This document shows positions 16,635 to 24,039 of a stretch of DNA of 32,000 nt, one piece after another. The DNA comes from Ruminococcus albus 7 = DSM 20455 (lineage in GTDB: Bacteria > Bacillota > Clostridia > Oscillospirales > Ruminococcaceae): positions 2,250,001-2,282,000 of the forward strand of contig NC_014833.1 in assembly GCF_000179635.2 (NCBI RefSeq). The letters run 5' to 3'. The notes below the pieces were generated by a model that worked only from the letters and a program-made list of their open reading frames with translations, made no database searches and had not been told where the DNA came from. Both the position numbers and the translations under genes were made by a program. Each line of letters begins with the position of its first letter. The first letter of the stretch is position 1.

Positions 16635-17837
16635 TTAATATTTTACAAGAGCTTCGCTTATAGCTTTCCTTTCTTCGATCATCCGTTCATTATTTCTGTT
16701 TGAACCGAATAGACTGCTATATGTATAAAGTGAAATTCCTTGACACGACTTACAATCATTGATCTGATTGCCTATAATCCCTACATTACCGTTAAACTCA
16801 TCGTCTGAATCGATCTTATATACACCGAGCCCTATGTTCAGTGATACATAACCACACTTACATAAATCCTGCCATTCTTGCAGTGTACTTATGAAAGGCT
16901 TGACAGCATCATTATATCCATAGTATATCTGTGGGATTATCCTGTCACATATCCCCTCTTGACAGCACCATTCTTCAACATCTGCATACAGCTTAGAAAA
17001 GTTATTTTCAATATTCCCCTGAGGAGAGATACTGACTTCAGCGCACACGTCCGCATCTTTTACTCGTTTATATATCAGACGGCACATATCTGTGATATTT
17101 TCTCTGCGCCATTCGTCAAGATCTTTTGCACAGTTCGTTTCTGAATAACATTCTGCATCAAAAAGCTTATCTGTAGTCGGATAAAAATAATCATCGTAAT
17201 GCAGACCGTCAACATCATAATTATCAACTATCTCATATGCGCCATCTGCAATTAGTTTCCTAACCTCAGGGAAGGCAGGATCTAGCCAGAGATACCCGTT
17301 TTCATCCGAAAAGCTAACCTGACTATCAGCGTTAAGAAACCATTCAGCCGTTTGATATCCTGAGTGCCTGCTTAGTTCTTCAGCAGTCTGCAAACGCAGA
17401 GGATTGATCCAGGCATGAACGGAAAGTCCAAAGCTATGAGCAGTTTCGCAGATTATCTCCAGCGGATCGTAATCACCGCAAAAATACTCCGATTGCGGAA
17501 ATATTACCGAATCATATATAGCATCACCAAAAGCTCGTACATGAACATAAATCGTATTACATCCAAGTTCTGATATATCATCACAGACAGCATTAAAACC
17601 TTTACGGAAATCCTCAGCATTCTCCAAAGACAAAATCGGTGCAAGATCTATATAAGAGATCCACATAGCCTTCTGACGTTCATAATTAATAGGTCTATAG
17701 CTATCATTATATTTTTCTTTATGATAATGCTGCGGCTCAGGTGACTGCCCGCGAATTTCTGTTATGACATCATAACTATTATTTCTGGCGCATCCTGTAA
17801 GAAATATCACCAGAAGCATTATTAATATCTTTTTCAT
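16635..17837 (-). CDS. Lipoprotein, glycosyl-hydrolase-like family 10 (GHL10/DUF187, YngK-like)
   Basis: Lipobox MKKILIMLLVIFLTGC. The TIM-barrel-like core NTIYVHVRAFGDAIYDS...FPQSEY...HAWINPLR resembles GHL10 proteins. Confidence 0.65.
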   Translation of the reverse strand: MKKILIMLLVIFLTGCARNNSYDVITEIRGQSPEPQHYHKEKYNDSYRPINYERQKAMWISYIDLAPILSLENAEDFRKGFNAVCDDISELGCNTIYVHVRAFGDAIYDSVIFPQSEYFCGDYDPLEIICETAHSFGLSVHAWINPLRLQTAEELSRHSGYQTAEWFLNADSQVSFSDENGYLWLDPAFPEVRKLIADGAYEIVDNYDVDGLHYDDYFYPTTDKLFDAECYSETNCAKDLDEWRRENITDMCRLIYKRVKDADVCAEVSISPQGNIENNFSKLYADVEEWCCQEGICDRIIPQIYYGYNDAVKPFISTLQEWQDLCKCGYVSLNIGLGVYKIDSDDEFNGNVGIIGNQINDCKSCQGISLYTYSSLFGSNRNNERMIEERKAISEALVKY

Positions 17838-17887
17838 TGATCATCAGCTCCTCTATAAAATATATGCAGAAGAGCTTTATTCATATA

Positions 17888-17917
17888 ACAAAAATACCGC
17901 CGAACAATCGACGGTAT
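17888..17917 (-). terminator. Rho-independent terminator after the ATPase-like gene
   Basis: The minus strand reads ATACCGtCGAttgtTCGgCGGTAT followed by TTTTGTT. This is an imperfect stem with a U-tract. Confidence 0.6.
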
Positions 17918-17923
17918 TTAATA

Positions 17924-20323
17924 TCAGACTTTTTTGCTTGCAAGCATCAGCAAGGTGATGCCTGCAAAAACCAGATGATATACGATTATTAGTGTTGGAG
18001 TGATCTGTGAAAACGACCCAAGTATCATTGATATCAAACATATAGCAGCACCGAGAGCTACAGAACCTGCCTGAATTGCAATACCAAGCTGTGCTGCAGA
18101 CCTTATCTTTTTAACTCCGCTTATGAGCATCGCAAAAGCCGGGAAATTTCCACTGCACATCATAGATGAGGATTCGCGAACATTATATCCGACTTCATTT
18201 TCATACTCTTTATGGTACCTGAACGGCAGCATTTTCACTGAACCGTGATCCAGATCAAAAAGCTTTTCAAGATAATCTTCTGTGATAAATCCGTCAACAT
18301 TCCTGATGACAGTGACAATACCTTCTCTTTCCAGCGCCTGCATCCACTTGGTAACAGAGATAGAAGGCGATACCTTTATCACGAACATAGTTGATATAAC
18401 GCCGGAGATCGAAAGGTATAATATAACATTTCCCTTGCCGTATTCCTCTTCTTTTGAAACAGGCGGCAGTCCGTCGATCGAGTGATCTTCCATATGCTTT
18501 CTTGTACCGAGAAGGACTCTTTTATTATCTATCCATCCAGAGATACCTTTTTCATCCTCATAAATATAGCTTTCAACAGAATAAAGCATATCCAGCTTTC
18601 CTTTAAGTATCTTATAAAAAGAGTTTTTCAGAACGCTGTCCGAACGGAATACAAGGCTTGCTGCCATAAGTATGCATTTATCAAGCGGATAAGTGGAAAG
18701 CAGTTTCAGGTTGACCAGATCGACACTTTCTTTCGGGAAAAGATGCGCTGCATCAACAAGCACTGAGTTTGTATCAGAGTATTCATCTACTGCACTGTAA
18801 CCGAGTATAACAGAAGAATACTGCAAATACTTGCCCGAAGCCTTGTTTATCGGAAGATTGACCGCAAGGATCAAAGAAAGCGATGAACACATCGTAACCG
18901 TACCAGAAAATGCAGCAAGAGCAACATAGATCTTCTCGATTCCCGAACCTGCGTGCTTATCACATATAAATGAGAGAAGACCCGTCAGCAGACCTGCAGC
19001 CAGTATCAGCGGTGCTGAATACTTTGCAAACTTATCTGAAATATCGGGAGAATAACTATTTTTTATAAAATCATCGACAAATCCGGTCTTACGCATGGCA
19101 GCCATGTTCGCATTTACAGGAACAGTTCCTCTGCCAAAATTCACAGCCGAGCTGCCATCAACGCTCTTCACAGCGTATCTGTCAAAATCACCTGCAATAT
19201 ATCTGAAATTCTTCTCTGTGCGCTGAACGGTCATCATCTTGCCGATCGTATTGAAAATAAGCCCCATGATAGCCGCCGATATATATACATGATAAAAGCA
19301 TTCACGTATAGATTCCGGTTCAAAAAGAGTGGCTATACCTGCAATAACAGACACAAAGATCCCTGCAGCTGCAATAGAATCATTATCAGGCCTACGAAGG
19401 AACATATTCCTAATGCCAGCCGTCATAACTGAATAGGATACACCAAGAGCCAGCAGACCCATAATCGTGTTAGAGAACAGGAATGCAGATGGTGACACCG
19501 AACGGTCAAAGATCTTAATTACAGGCAATTCAAGGTCATTGGCAACAGTTATCAGCAGACTAGAGAGCCCTGTGAACAAAAGAACACAAAGTCTCAGGAA
19601 AAGATTACTTTTGACCTGCAGAATATCATTAAGAATTCTCGGAGCTTCATCATAATTTTCAAACTCCTTCTGACCAAAAGCCGTCTTCTTGTTCCTGTCA
19701 GATCCGGTTTCTGTATCTGAAATACTTTCCAGCACAAAGTTCTTGACCTTAGATCTTCTGTGCTGTTCAAGCACCTCTTCCTTACTGAGCTCATCATTTT
19801 CCGATACAGAAGTATCGTCAGGGAATATCTCAGGATCCTCGTTGTTTGGGATCAACTTATCTTCAAGATCAAGCCTGATATCTTTAACACTGGTGCGCTT
19901 TACAGGTTCATCATGCACCTGACCCTTACGTTTTCGTCTTCCGCTGATATTTGAAATTTTGCGGATCTTGCGGGCAGTATCAAGTGCAGCCTTATCATCA
20001 ACCGCACCATCAGTAACGACATCTTCTTCAAGAAAATTATCACCTGTCTGAGAATTTAATACTTCTGAACTTAAATATGGATCATCATTTTTGATTTCCT
20101 CGTTCACGACAGTTGTATGTCCGGTTCCATCTGAAGTATTTCTTCCGTAAACTGTGTCTTCTCCGACCGAGCTATCAGGTATTACAGCAGAGATATTTTC
20201 TTTATCAGACTGAGAAAAGTTTATATCAAAATCATCGGTCTTTTCAGACTTTGATCCTTTATCGGGTCTGTATTTTATGCGGAATTCCGACATGAAATCA
20301 TCGATAGAATATTTATCTGACAA
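17924..20323 (-). CDS. Polytopic membrane protein resembling a catalytically degenerate P1B-type ATPase, with a ~230-aa acidic disordered N-terminus
   Basis: 799 aa. TTG start at 20323 with a GGGAG RBS, 17 nt after the rlmB stop. By-eye colinearity with heavy-metal P-type ATPases covers the TM bundle, a GISGWIDNKRVLLGTRKHM block (compare G.G..v.g..v.vGn..lm) and the C-terminal TM pair. The catalytic motifs are replaced (details in findings). Confidence 0.55.
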   Translation of the reverse strand: MSDKYSIDDFMSEFRIKYRPDKGSKSEKTDDFDINFSQSDKENISAVIPDSSVGEDTVYGRNTSDGTGHTTVVNEEIKNDDPYLSSEVLNSQTGDNFLEEDVVTDGAVDDKAALDTARKIRKISNISGRRKRKGQVHDEPVKRTSVKDIRLDLEDKLIPNNEDPEIFPDDTSVSENDELSKEEVLEQHRRSKVKNFVLESISDTETGSDRNKKTAFGQKEFENYDEAPRILNDILQVKSNLFLRLCVLLFTGLSSLLITVANDLELPVIKIFDRSVSPSAFLFSNTIMGLLALGVSYSVMTAGIRNMFLRRPDNDSIAAAGIFVSVIAGIATLFEPESIRECFYHVYISAAIMGLIFNTIGKMMTVQRTEKNFRYIAGDFDRYAVKSVDGSSAVNFGRGTVPVNANMAAMRKTGFVDDFIKNSYSPDISDKFAKYSAPLILAAGLLTGLLSFICDKHAGSGIEKIYVALAAFSGTVTMCSSLSLILAVNLPINKASGKYLQYSSVILGYSAVDEYSDTNSVLVDAAHLFPKESVDLVNLKLLSTYPLDKCILMAASLVFRSDSVLKNSFYKILKGKLDMLYSVESYIYEDEKGISGWIDNKRVLLGTRKHMEDHSIDGLPPVSKEEEYGKGNVILYLSISGVISTMFVIKVSPSISVTKWMQALEREGIVTVIRNVDGFITEDYLEKLFDLDHGSVKMLPFRYHKEYENEVGYNVRESSSMMCSGNFPAFAMLISGVKKIRSAAQLGIAIQAGSVALGAAICLISMILGSFSQITPTLIIVYHLVFAGITLLMLASKKV

Positions 20324-20340
20324 TCCTTATCACTCCCAAT

Positions 20341-21120
20341 CTACTTGATATTACGCTGACGCACGATCTCATACATAAAGATACCTGCAGCAACAGAAGC
20401 ATTCAAAGAGGTTATCTTACCTGCCATCGGCAGGCTGAGAAGCATATCGCACTTTTCTTTCATAAGTCTGCCCATACCGAACCCCTCAGAGCCAACAACC
20501 AGACCTATAGGACCTCTCAGATCGGCACCGGAATAATTTTGACCGGCACCATCAGTTCCGTATATCCATATTCCTTGCTTTTTAAGATCATCAACAGCAG
20601 CGGCAAGATTCGGAACTCTTGCAACCGGCAGCCAGCTTGCTGCACCTGCCGAAGTCTTGAATACTGTATGATTCAGTGAAGCACTGCGTCTTTTAGGAAT
20701 GATGATTCCATGAGCTCCTGCAGCCTCAGCTGTACGTATTATTGCTCCGAGATTATGCGGATCCTCTATCTCATCACATATTATAATAAAAGGATCTTCA
20801 CTTTTTTCTCTGGCTATGTTGAGTATATCCTCTACTTCAACGTATTCAGCACAAGCACCCACGGCAATAACGCCTTGATGTGCTGCCCCACCCGCCATAC
20901 TGTCGAGCTTGATCTCCCTGACCTGTTTTACAGGGATATCCCTTTCTTTTGCCAGCTTCAGTATAAGAGAGATAGAACCTTTGGCTTCGGGATTAACGAA
21001 GATCATATCGATCAGCTTATCGGCTTTCAGCGCTTCTATAACGGGATTCCTGCCTAGGATAAGCTCTTCTTCGCGTTTATTATCAGTAGTTTTATTGTTA
21101 TTGATTTTATTTTCTTTCAT
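20341..21120 (-). CDS. rlmB: 23S rRNA (guanosine-2'-O)-methyltransferase, RlmB/TrmH (SpoU) family
   Basis: 259 aa. Has LILGRNPVIEALK (L30e-like substrate-binding domain) and the SPOUT motifs DEIEDPHNLGAIIRTAEAAGAHGIII, LVVGSEGFGM and LPMAGKITSLNASVAAGIFMYE. Confidence 0.88.
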   Translation of the reverse strand: MKENKINNNKTTDNKREEELILGRNPVIEALKADKLIDMIFVNPEAKGSISLILKLAKERDIPVKQVREIKLDSMAGGAAHQGVIAVGACAEYVEVEDILNIAREKSEDPFIIICDEIEDPHNLGAIIRTAEAAGAHGIIIPKRRSASLNHTVFKTSAGAASWLPVARVPNLAAAVDDLKKQGIWIYGTDGAGQNYSGADLRGPIGLVVGSEGFGMGRLMKEKCDMLLSLPMAGKITSLNASVAAGIFMYEIVRQRNIK

Positions 21121-21155
21121 ATCAAAATTCCTTTTTTAAACAACAGTTGTTATTT

Positions 21156-21184
21156 ATTATAGCACAAAAATCCCCAAAAGCCAA
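21156..21184 (-). promoter_or_regulatory. Candidate promoter for rlmB (TTGGCT-17-TGcTATAAT)
   Basis: On the minus strand the -35 TTGGCT is at 21184..21179 and the -10 TATAAT is at 21161..21156, preceded by TGc (extended -10). It is about 35 nt upstream of the rlmB ATG. Confidence 0.5.
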
Positions 21185-21199
21185 TAGCTAATGAGGATT
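21164..21199 (-). terminator. Possible terminator hairpin after the 93-aa gene (overlaps the rlmB promoter)
   Basis: The minus strand reads AATCCTCA-15 nt-TGGGGATT followed by TTTGTG. The stem has one G-U pair that exists only in the minus-strand RNA. The loop is large, so this is moderate at best. Confidence 0.35.
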
Positions 21200-21249
21200 T
21201 TTTTGCAGTTTAAACAAATATCACAAACGGTTTTAGGGAAATATGTTAC

Positions 21250-21531
21250 CTATCCCAAAGCAAAAAGAAGAATTACAGCTGCCGATAATACGATAAGACC
21301 CATGAGTATCCTGATAAGGACTGCTGTATCCTTACAACTATGATGCTCTACATGATTTACGTCACCATGAAATTCTTCGCTGAGCTTTTCCATATACTCC
21401 TCTGCCATAACACGAGTATCATTTTCCGAAAACATATCGCAGCACGAATTTACAAACAAAAGTGCCCTATCAAAATATTCACTATTTGTACATTTAATCT
21501 CAATAATCTGCTTGTTTACACCTTTTATCAC
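21250..21531 (-). CDS. Small tail-anchored membrane protein with a His/Cys-rich segment
   Basis: 93 aa with a GTG start. Has the conserved-looking N-terminus MIKGVNKQIIEIKCTNSEYFDRALLFVN, then HGDVNHVEHHSC, then a C-terminal TM helix LIRILMGLIVLSAAVILLFALG. Confidence 0.55.
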   Translation of the reverse strand: MIKGVNKQIIEIKCTNSEYFDRALLFVNSCCDMFSENDTRVMAEEYMEKLSEEFHGDVNHVEHHSCKDTAVLIRILMGLIVLSAAVILLFALG

Positions 21532-21563
21532 CTTTCAGACATCTCCCCGAATATAAATTACAC

Positions 21564-21592
21564 ATTAAAGTCCGTTCGAATGTACTTTTCAA
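21564..21592 (-). promoter_or_regulatory. Weak candidate promoter for the 93-aa gene (TTGAAA-17-TTTAAT)
   Basis: On the minus strand the -35 TTGAAA is at 21592..21587. That hexamer is contributed by the inverted copy of the octamer repeat. The -10 TTTAAT is at 21569..21564. Confidence 0.3.
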
Positions 21593-21728
21593 CAAAAATA
21601 TGTTGAAAAGTTGAAAACGCGATTCAAAAATCAACATTCAGCGTTAAAAAGTGTTGAAAAACCTGTTGAAAAGGTTGAAAATTGCGTAAAATTCCAATGA
21701 TTTCAACAGCTGTTAATTTTGTTGAAAA
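21584..21728. repeat. Array of the octamer GTTGAAAA (6 exact direct copies, 1 exact inverted copy, at least 2 copies at 7/8)
   Basis: Exact plus-strand copies are at 21602-09, 21610-17, 21653-60, 21665-72, 21674-81 and 21721-28. The exact inverted copy TTTTCAAC is at 21586-93. Copies at 7/8 are at 21643-50 and 21700-07. Positions 21584-21611 form a perfect 11-bp inverted repeat, ACTTTTCAACA-N6-TGTTGAAAAGT. Confidence 0.9.
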
Positions 21729-21759
21729 TACAGTTCCGGGACAAAAATATGTACACGAG

Positions 21760-21776
21760 GTGAAAATCATTTTCAC
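21760..21776. repeat. Perfect 8-bp inverted repeat GTGAAAAT-c-ATTTTCAC (operator-like)
   Basis: Read directly from the sequence. It is a 17-bp palindrome in the non-coding gap, 32 nt downstream of the last octamer copy. Confidence 0.85.
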
Positions 21777-22037
21777 AAAAGAAGCTTTTCGATGCCGCTT
21801 AATGTTACTATTATATGAACGAACAGCATTTTCAAGTGTTGGTTTTCTTCTATGTCCGCTTTTATGGTAACTCACAGCGACTATTAATTTGTTAGGGTCA
21901 AAAATGACTTTTATATCCATATTTTAGTACACTTGAATATGCATGATATTTATAATGCCTATCTCTGAAAGTCTGTACAAAAATATGTATGTTTATACAG
22001 CTGATATATAAGAAAATGATTACATTTTGTAACGAAA

Positions 22038-22721
22038 TTATCGTGTAGTCAGAAACTTGATAGCGCGTTCAATAGAATCCTTTGAATTGCCCCAGTCTGC
22101 ATCACTCCCATTGTTGCGGTAATCATACATATCACAATAATGAGTAACATCTTTCTCCAGTTCTGTCAGATATTTTTCGGTAAGTTCAGCGCAGGCTTCC
22201 TTAAAACTGCCCTGTATCTTCTTATTCATTTTATCCTCGCAGGCAGACACAAGCATATCATAATGGGGCAGACAAAGCATCTCCTGTTCAGCAAACAGCT
22301 GACGAAACTCGTTTTGTTGTTCATATAACTCAAACAAAGTAACCATTATTCGGGACATTCCCCACTCAATCTTATTACACACAAAACAATCATTATTAAC
22401 AGCGGAAACTCGTTTCTGCTTGGCTGACTTACCCTCGAAGATGCTCTGCCTTTTAAGGACATTCTTCTGGAGTGACTGCAAATGTGTTGACAGCATCAGC
22501 GCCAGTGAAAGACGGTTCTTGCAGGCACGCATCTGCTCGAAATGGGTCTTGCAGAAGCCCTGCTTGTTAGTTTCTATACGAACATCCGGCTCCATCATCG
22601 CGGCACCCATTATGTATTCGATTGTACGCTGTTCTAAGGTATCCCGAAGCCTGCATATGGGGCATCCGCATTTCGGCTCGAATATTTCTGTAACGGGTAT
22701 GGTAAGAATACTTTCTCTCAT
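22038..22721 (-). CDS. Cys/His-rich protein with two tandem CxxC...CxxH modules (uncharacterised family)
   Basis: 227 aa. AAAGGAAG RBS 7 nt upstream of ATG 22721. Module 1 is C20-x2-C23 ... C57-x2-H60 ... C67. Module 2 is C112-x2-C115 ... C150-x2-H153 ... C161. Confidence 0.7.
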   Translation of the reverse strand: MRESILTIPVTEIFEPKCGCPICRLRDTLEQRTIEYIMGAAMMEPDVRIETNKQGFCKTHFEQMRACKNRLSLALMLSTHLQSLQKNVLKRQSIFEGKSAKQKRVSAVNNDCFVCNKIEWGMSRIMVTLFELYEQQNEFRQLFAEQEMLCLPHYDMLVSACEDKMNKKIQGSFKEACAELTEKYLTELEKDVTHYCDMYDYRNNGSDADWGNSKDSIERAIKFLTTR

Positions 22722-22757
22722 TGAAAAACTTCCTTTCGCTGTTAGGCAAAAAATATC

Positions 22758-22786
22758 TTGAAAATTGTTTCATTATATAGTATAAT
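22758..22786 (+). promoter_or_regulatory. Sigma-A promoter for the Imm1-like/ogg/prsW-like operon (TTGAAA-17-TATAAT)
   Basis: -35 TTGAAA at 22758-63, a 17-nt spacer, and -10 TATAAT at 22781-86. It is about 40 nt upstream of ATG 22830. Confidence 0.65.
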
Positions 22787-22807
22787 GTATTTTGATGAAA
22801 TTTGCAA
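22779..22807 (-). promoter_or_regulatory. Divergent sigma-A promoter for the Cys-rich gene (TTGCAA-17-TATACT)
   Basis: On the minus strand the -35 TTGCAA is at 22807..22802 and the -10 TATACT is at 22784..22779. Its -10 overlaps the plus-strand -10. Confidence 0.55.
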
Positions 22808-22829
22808 GTGTCTTATAAAGGTGAATACT

Positions 22830-23198
22830 ATGCTCATAAGTTACGATAAAGGTGATATCACTATCACCGATACCGACGAAATCATTACGCTCATACTTGA
22901 TCTTGCCGAAAAGGGCATGAACGAGATATGGATAAGTGAAGACAACACGTCTTATCCCGCGCTTGCAGTGCTTGTCAACGGAAGATATGCCTGTCTGAAC
23001 TATTTCGGGAATGACAACGGAGATATGTATATGTCCCGCGGGAAAGAGAATGTTGAAGTATCATTTAACCCCGGCGGAACAGAATGGGTTGCGCCGGCAG
23101 ACGCAGTTTTACCTATAAATACTGCTATCGACTGTATAAGACAATTCTGCAAGAACTATAAACTGCCCGACTGTATAGAATGGCAGAACGGAGTGTGA
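22830..23198 (+). CDS. Imm1-like polymorphic-toxin immunity-family protein
   Basis: 122 aa from ATG 22830 (AAGGTG RBS). The track's TTG at 22758 is the promoter -35. The pattern ...ALAVLVNGRYACLNYFG...VEVSFNPGGTEWVAPADAVLPINTAIDCIRQFCKNYKLPDCIEWQ resembles the Imm1 family as I remember it. Confidence 0.5.
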   Translation: MLISYDKGDITITDTDEIITLILDLAEKGMNEIWISEDNTSYPALAVLVNGRYACLNYFGNDNGDMYMSRGKENVEVSFNPGGTEWVAPADAVLPINTAIDCIRQFCKNYKLPDCIEWQNGV

Positions 23199-23203
23199 AC
23201 ATA

Positions 23204-24025
23204 ATGGACTACAAAAAAGACGGTAAAGATATACTGCTCTGTCAGGAGGACTTTGATCTTGACCAGACCCTTGACTGCGGTCAGGCGTTCAGGTGGGAAA
23301 AGACTGACGAAAATACCTACAGCGGAGCTTTTCTAAATAAGAAACTGGTTATAAGCTGTGAGAACGGAAAAGATGTTTTCAAGCTTCACGATACCACCGA
23401 GGTAGACTTTCTTTCATTGTGGGCAGATTATTTCGATCTTTCCACCGATTACAGTGAACTTAAAAGGCGTTTTTCCGAGGACGAAACTCTGTCAAAAGCC
23501 TGTAAATACGCAAGCGGTATACGGATACTCCGACAAGACAGCTGGGAAGCGCTCTCCTCTTTCATAATCAGCCAGAATAATAATATTCCACGAATCAAGG
23601 GCATAATAGGTCGGCTTTGCGAACACTGCGGCGGATATCCCGCATGGCAGGAACTCACCGAGGAGACCGAGGAAAGCCTTGCTTATCTCCGCGCAGGATT
23701 CAGGGCGAAATACCTTGTTGACGCTGTACAGAAGATACAAAGCGGTACCATAGATCTCGAAAAAATACGAAGCATGGATATCGAATGCGCTCGCAAGCTT
23801 TTGCAGACCATCAAAGGCGTAGGACCCAAGGTCGCAGAATGTGCGCTGCTCTTCGGCTTTTATCGTACAGAAGCTTTTCCTATAGATGTATGGGTAAAAC
23901 GGGTTATGGCAAACTGGTATCCCAATGGTCTGCCTGAATGTATCAAAGGATACGAAGGCATAGCACAGCAATATCTTTTCCATTATATAAGAACTTCTGA
24001 GGAAGCAGCTGCTTCACTGAAATAA
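23204..24025 (+). CDS. ogg: 8-oxoguanine DNA glycosylase/AP lyase (OGG1-type, HhH-GPD)
   Basis: N-terminal LDCGQAFRW, then SFIISQNNNIPRIKGI, the HhH motif LQTIKGVGPKVAECALLFG and the catalytic-Asp context AFPIDVWVKRV. Start at ATG 23204 with a GGAGTG RBS. Confidence 0.85.
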   Translation: MDYKKDGKDILLCQEDFDLDQTLDCGQAFRWEKTDENTYSGAFLNKKLVISCENGKDVFKLHDTTEVDFLSLWADYFDLSTDYSELKRRFSEDETLSKACKYASGIRILRQDSWEALSSFIISQNNNIPRIKGIIGRLCEHCGGYPAWQELTEETEESLAYLRAGFRAKYLVDAVQKIQSGTIDLEKIRSMDIECARKLLQTIKGVGPKVAECALLFGFYRTEAFPIDVWVKRVMANWYPNGLPECIKGYEGIAQQYLFHYIRTSEEAAASLK

Positions 24026-24039
24026 AGGAGGAAATTTGA

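Noticed and set aside
21571-21582. tRNA T-loop-like GTTCGAA
   Set aside because: The flanking 5-mers are not complementary on either strand, so no T-arm or cloverleaf can be drawn.
21611-21627. cre (CcpA)-like sequence TTGAAAACGCGATTCAA
   Set aside because: It has a central CG and TTGAA/TTCAA arms, but it is one base too long relative to the WTGNAANCGNWNNCW consensus, so the arms fall out of register.
21584-21728. Octamer array considered as a CRISPR array or as a tandem satellite
   Set aside because: The repeat unit is only 8-9 nt. The spacings are irregular (8, 43, 12, 9, 47 nt) and far too short for CRISPR spacers. One copy is inverted, and there are no cas genes in the window.
21759-21778. 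Rex- or CRP/FNR-type operator (GGTGAA...TTCACAA)
   Set aside because: The half-sites resemble Rex, but they are separated by 7 nt rather than 4. CRP spacing (N6 between TGTGA and TCACA) does not fit either.
21624-21920. 98-aa minus-strand ORF in the non-coding gap
   Set aside because: There is no Shine-Dalgarno before ATG 21920. Its C-terminal third (FQPFQQVFQHFLTLNVDF) is just the translated TTTTCAAC repeats, and I recognise no family. I treat it as non-coding.
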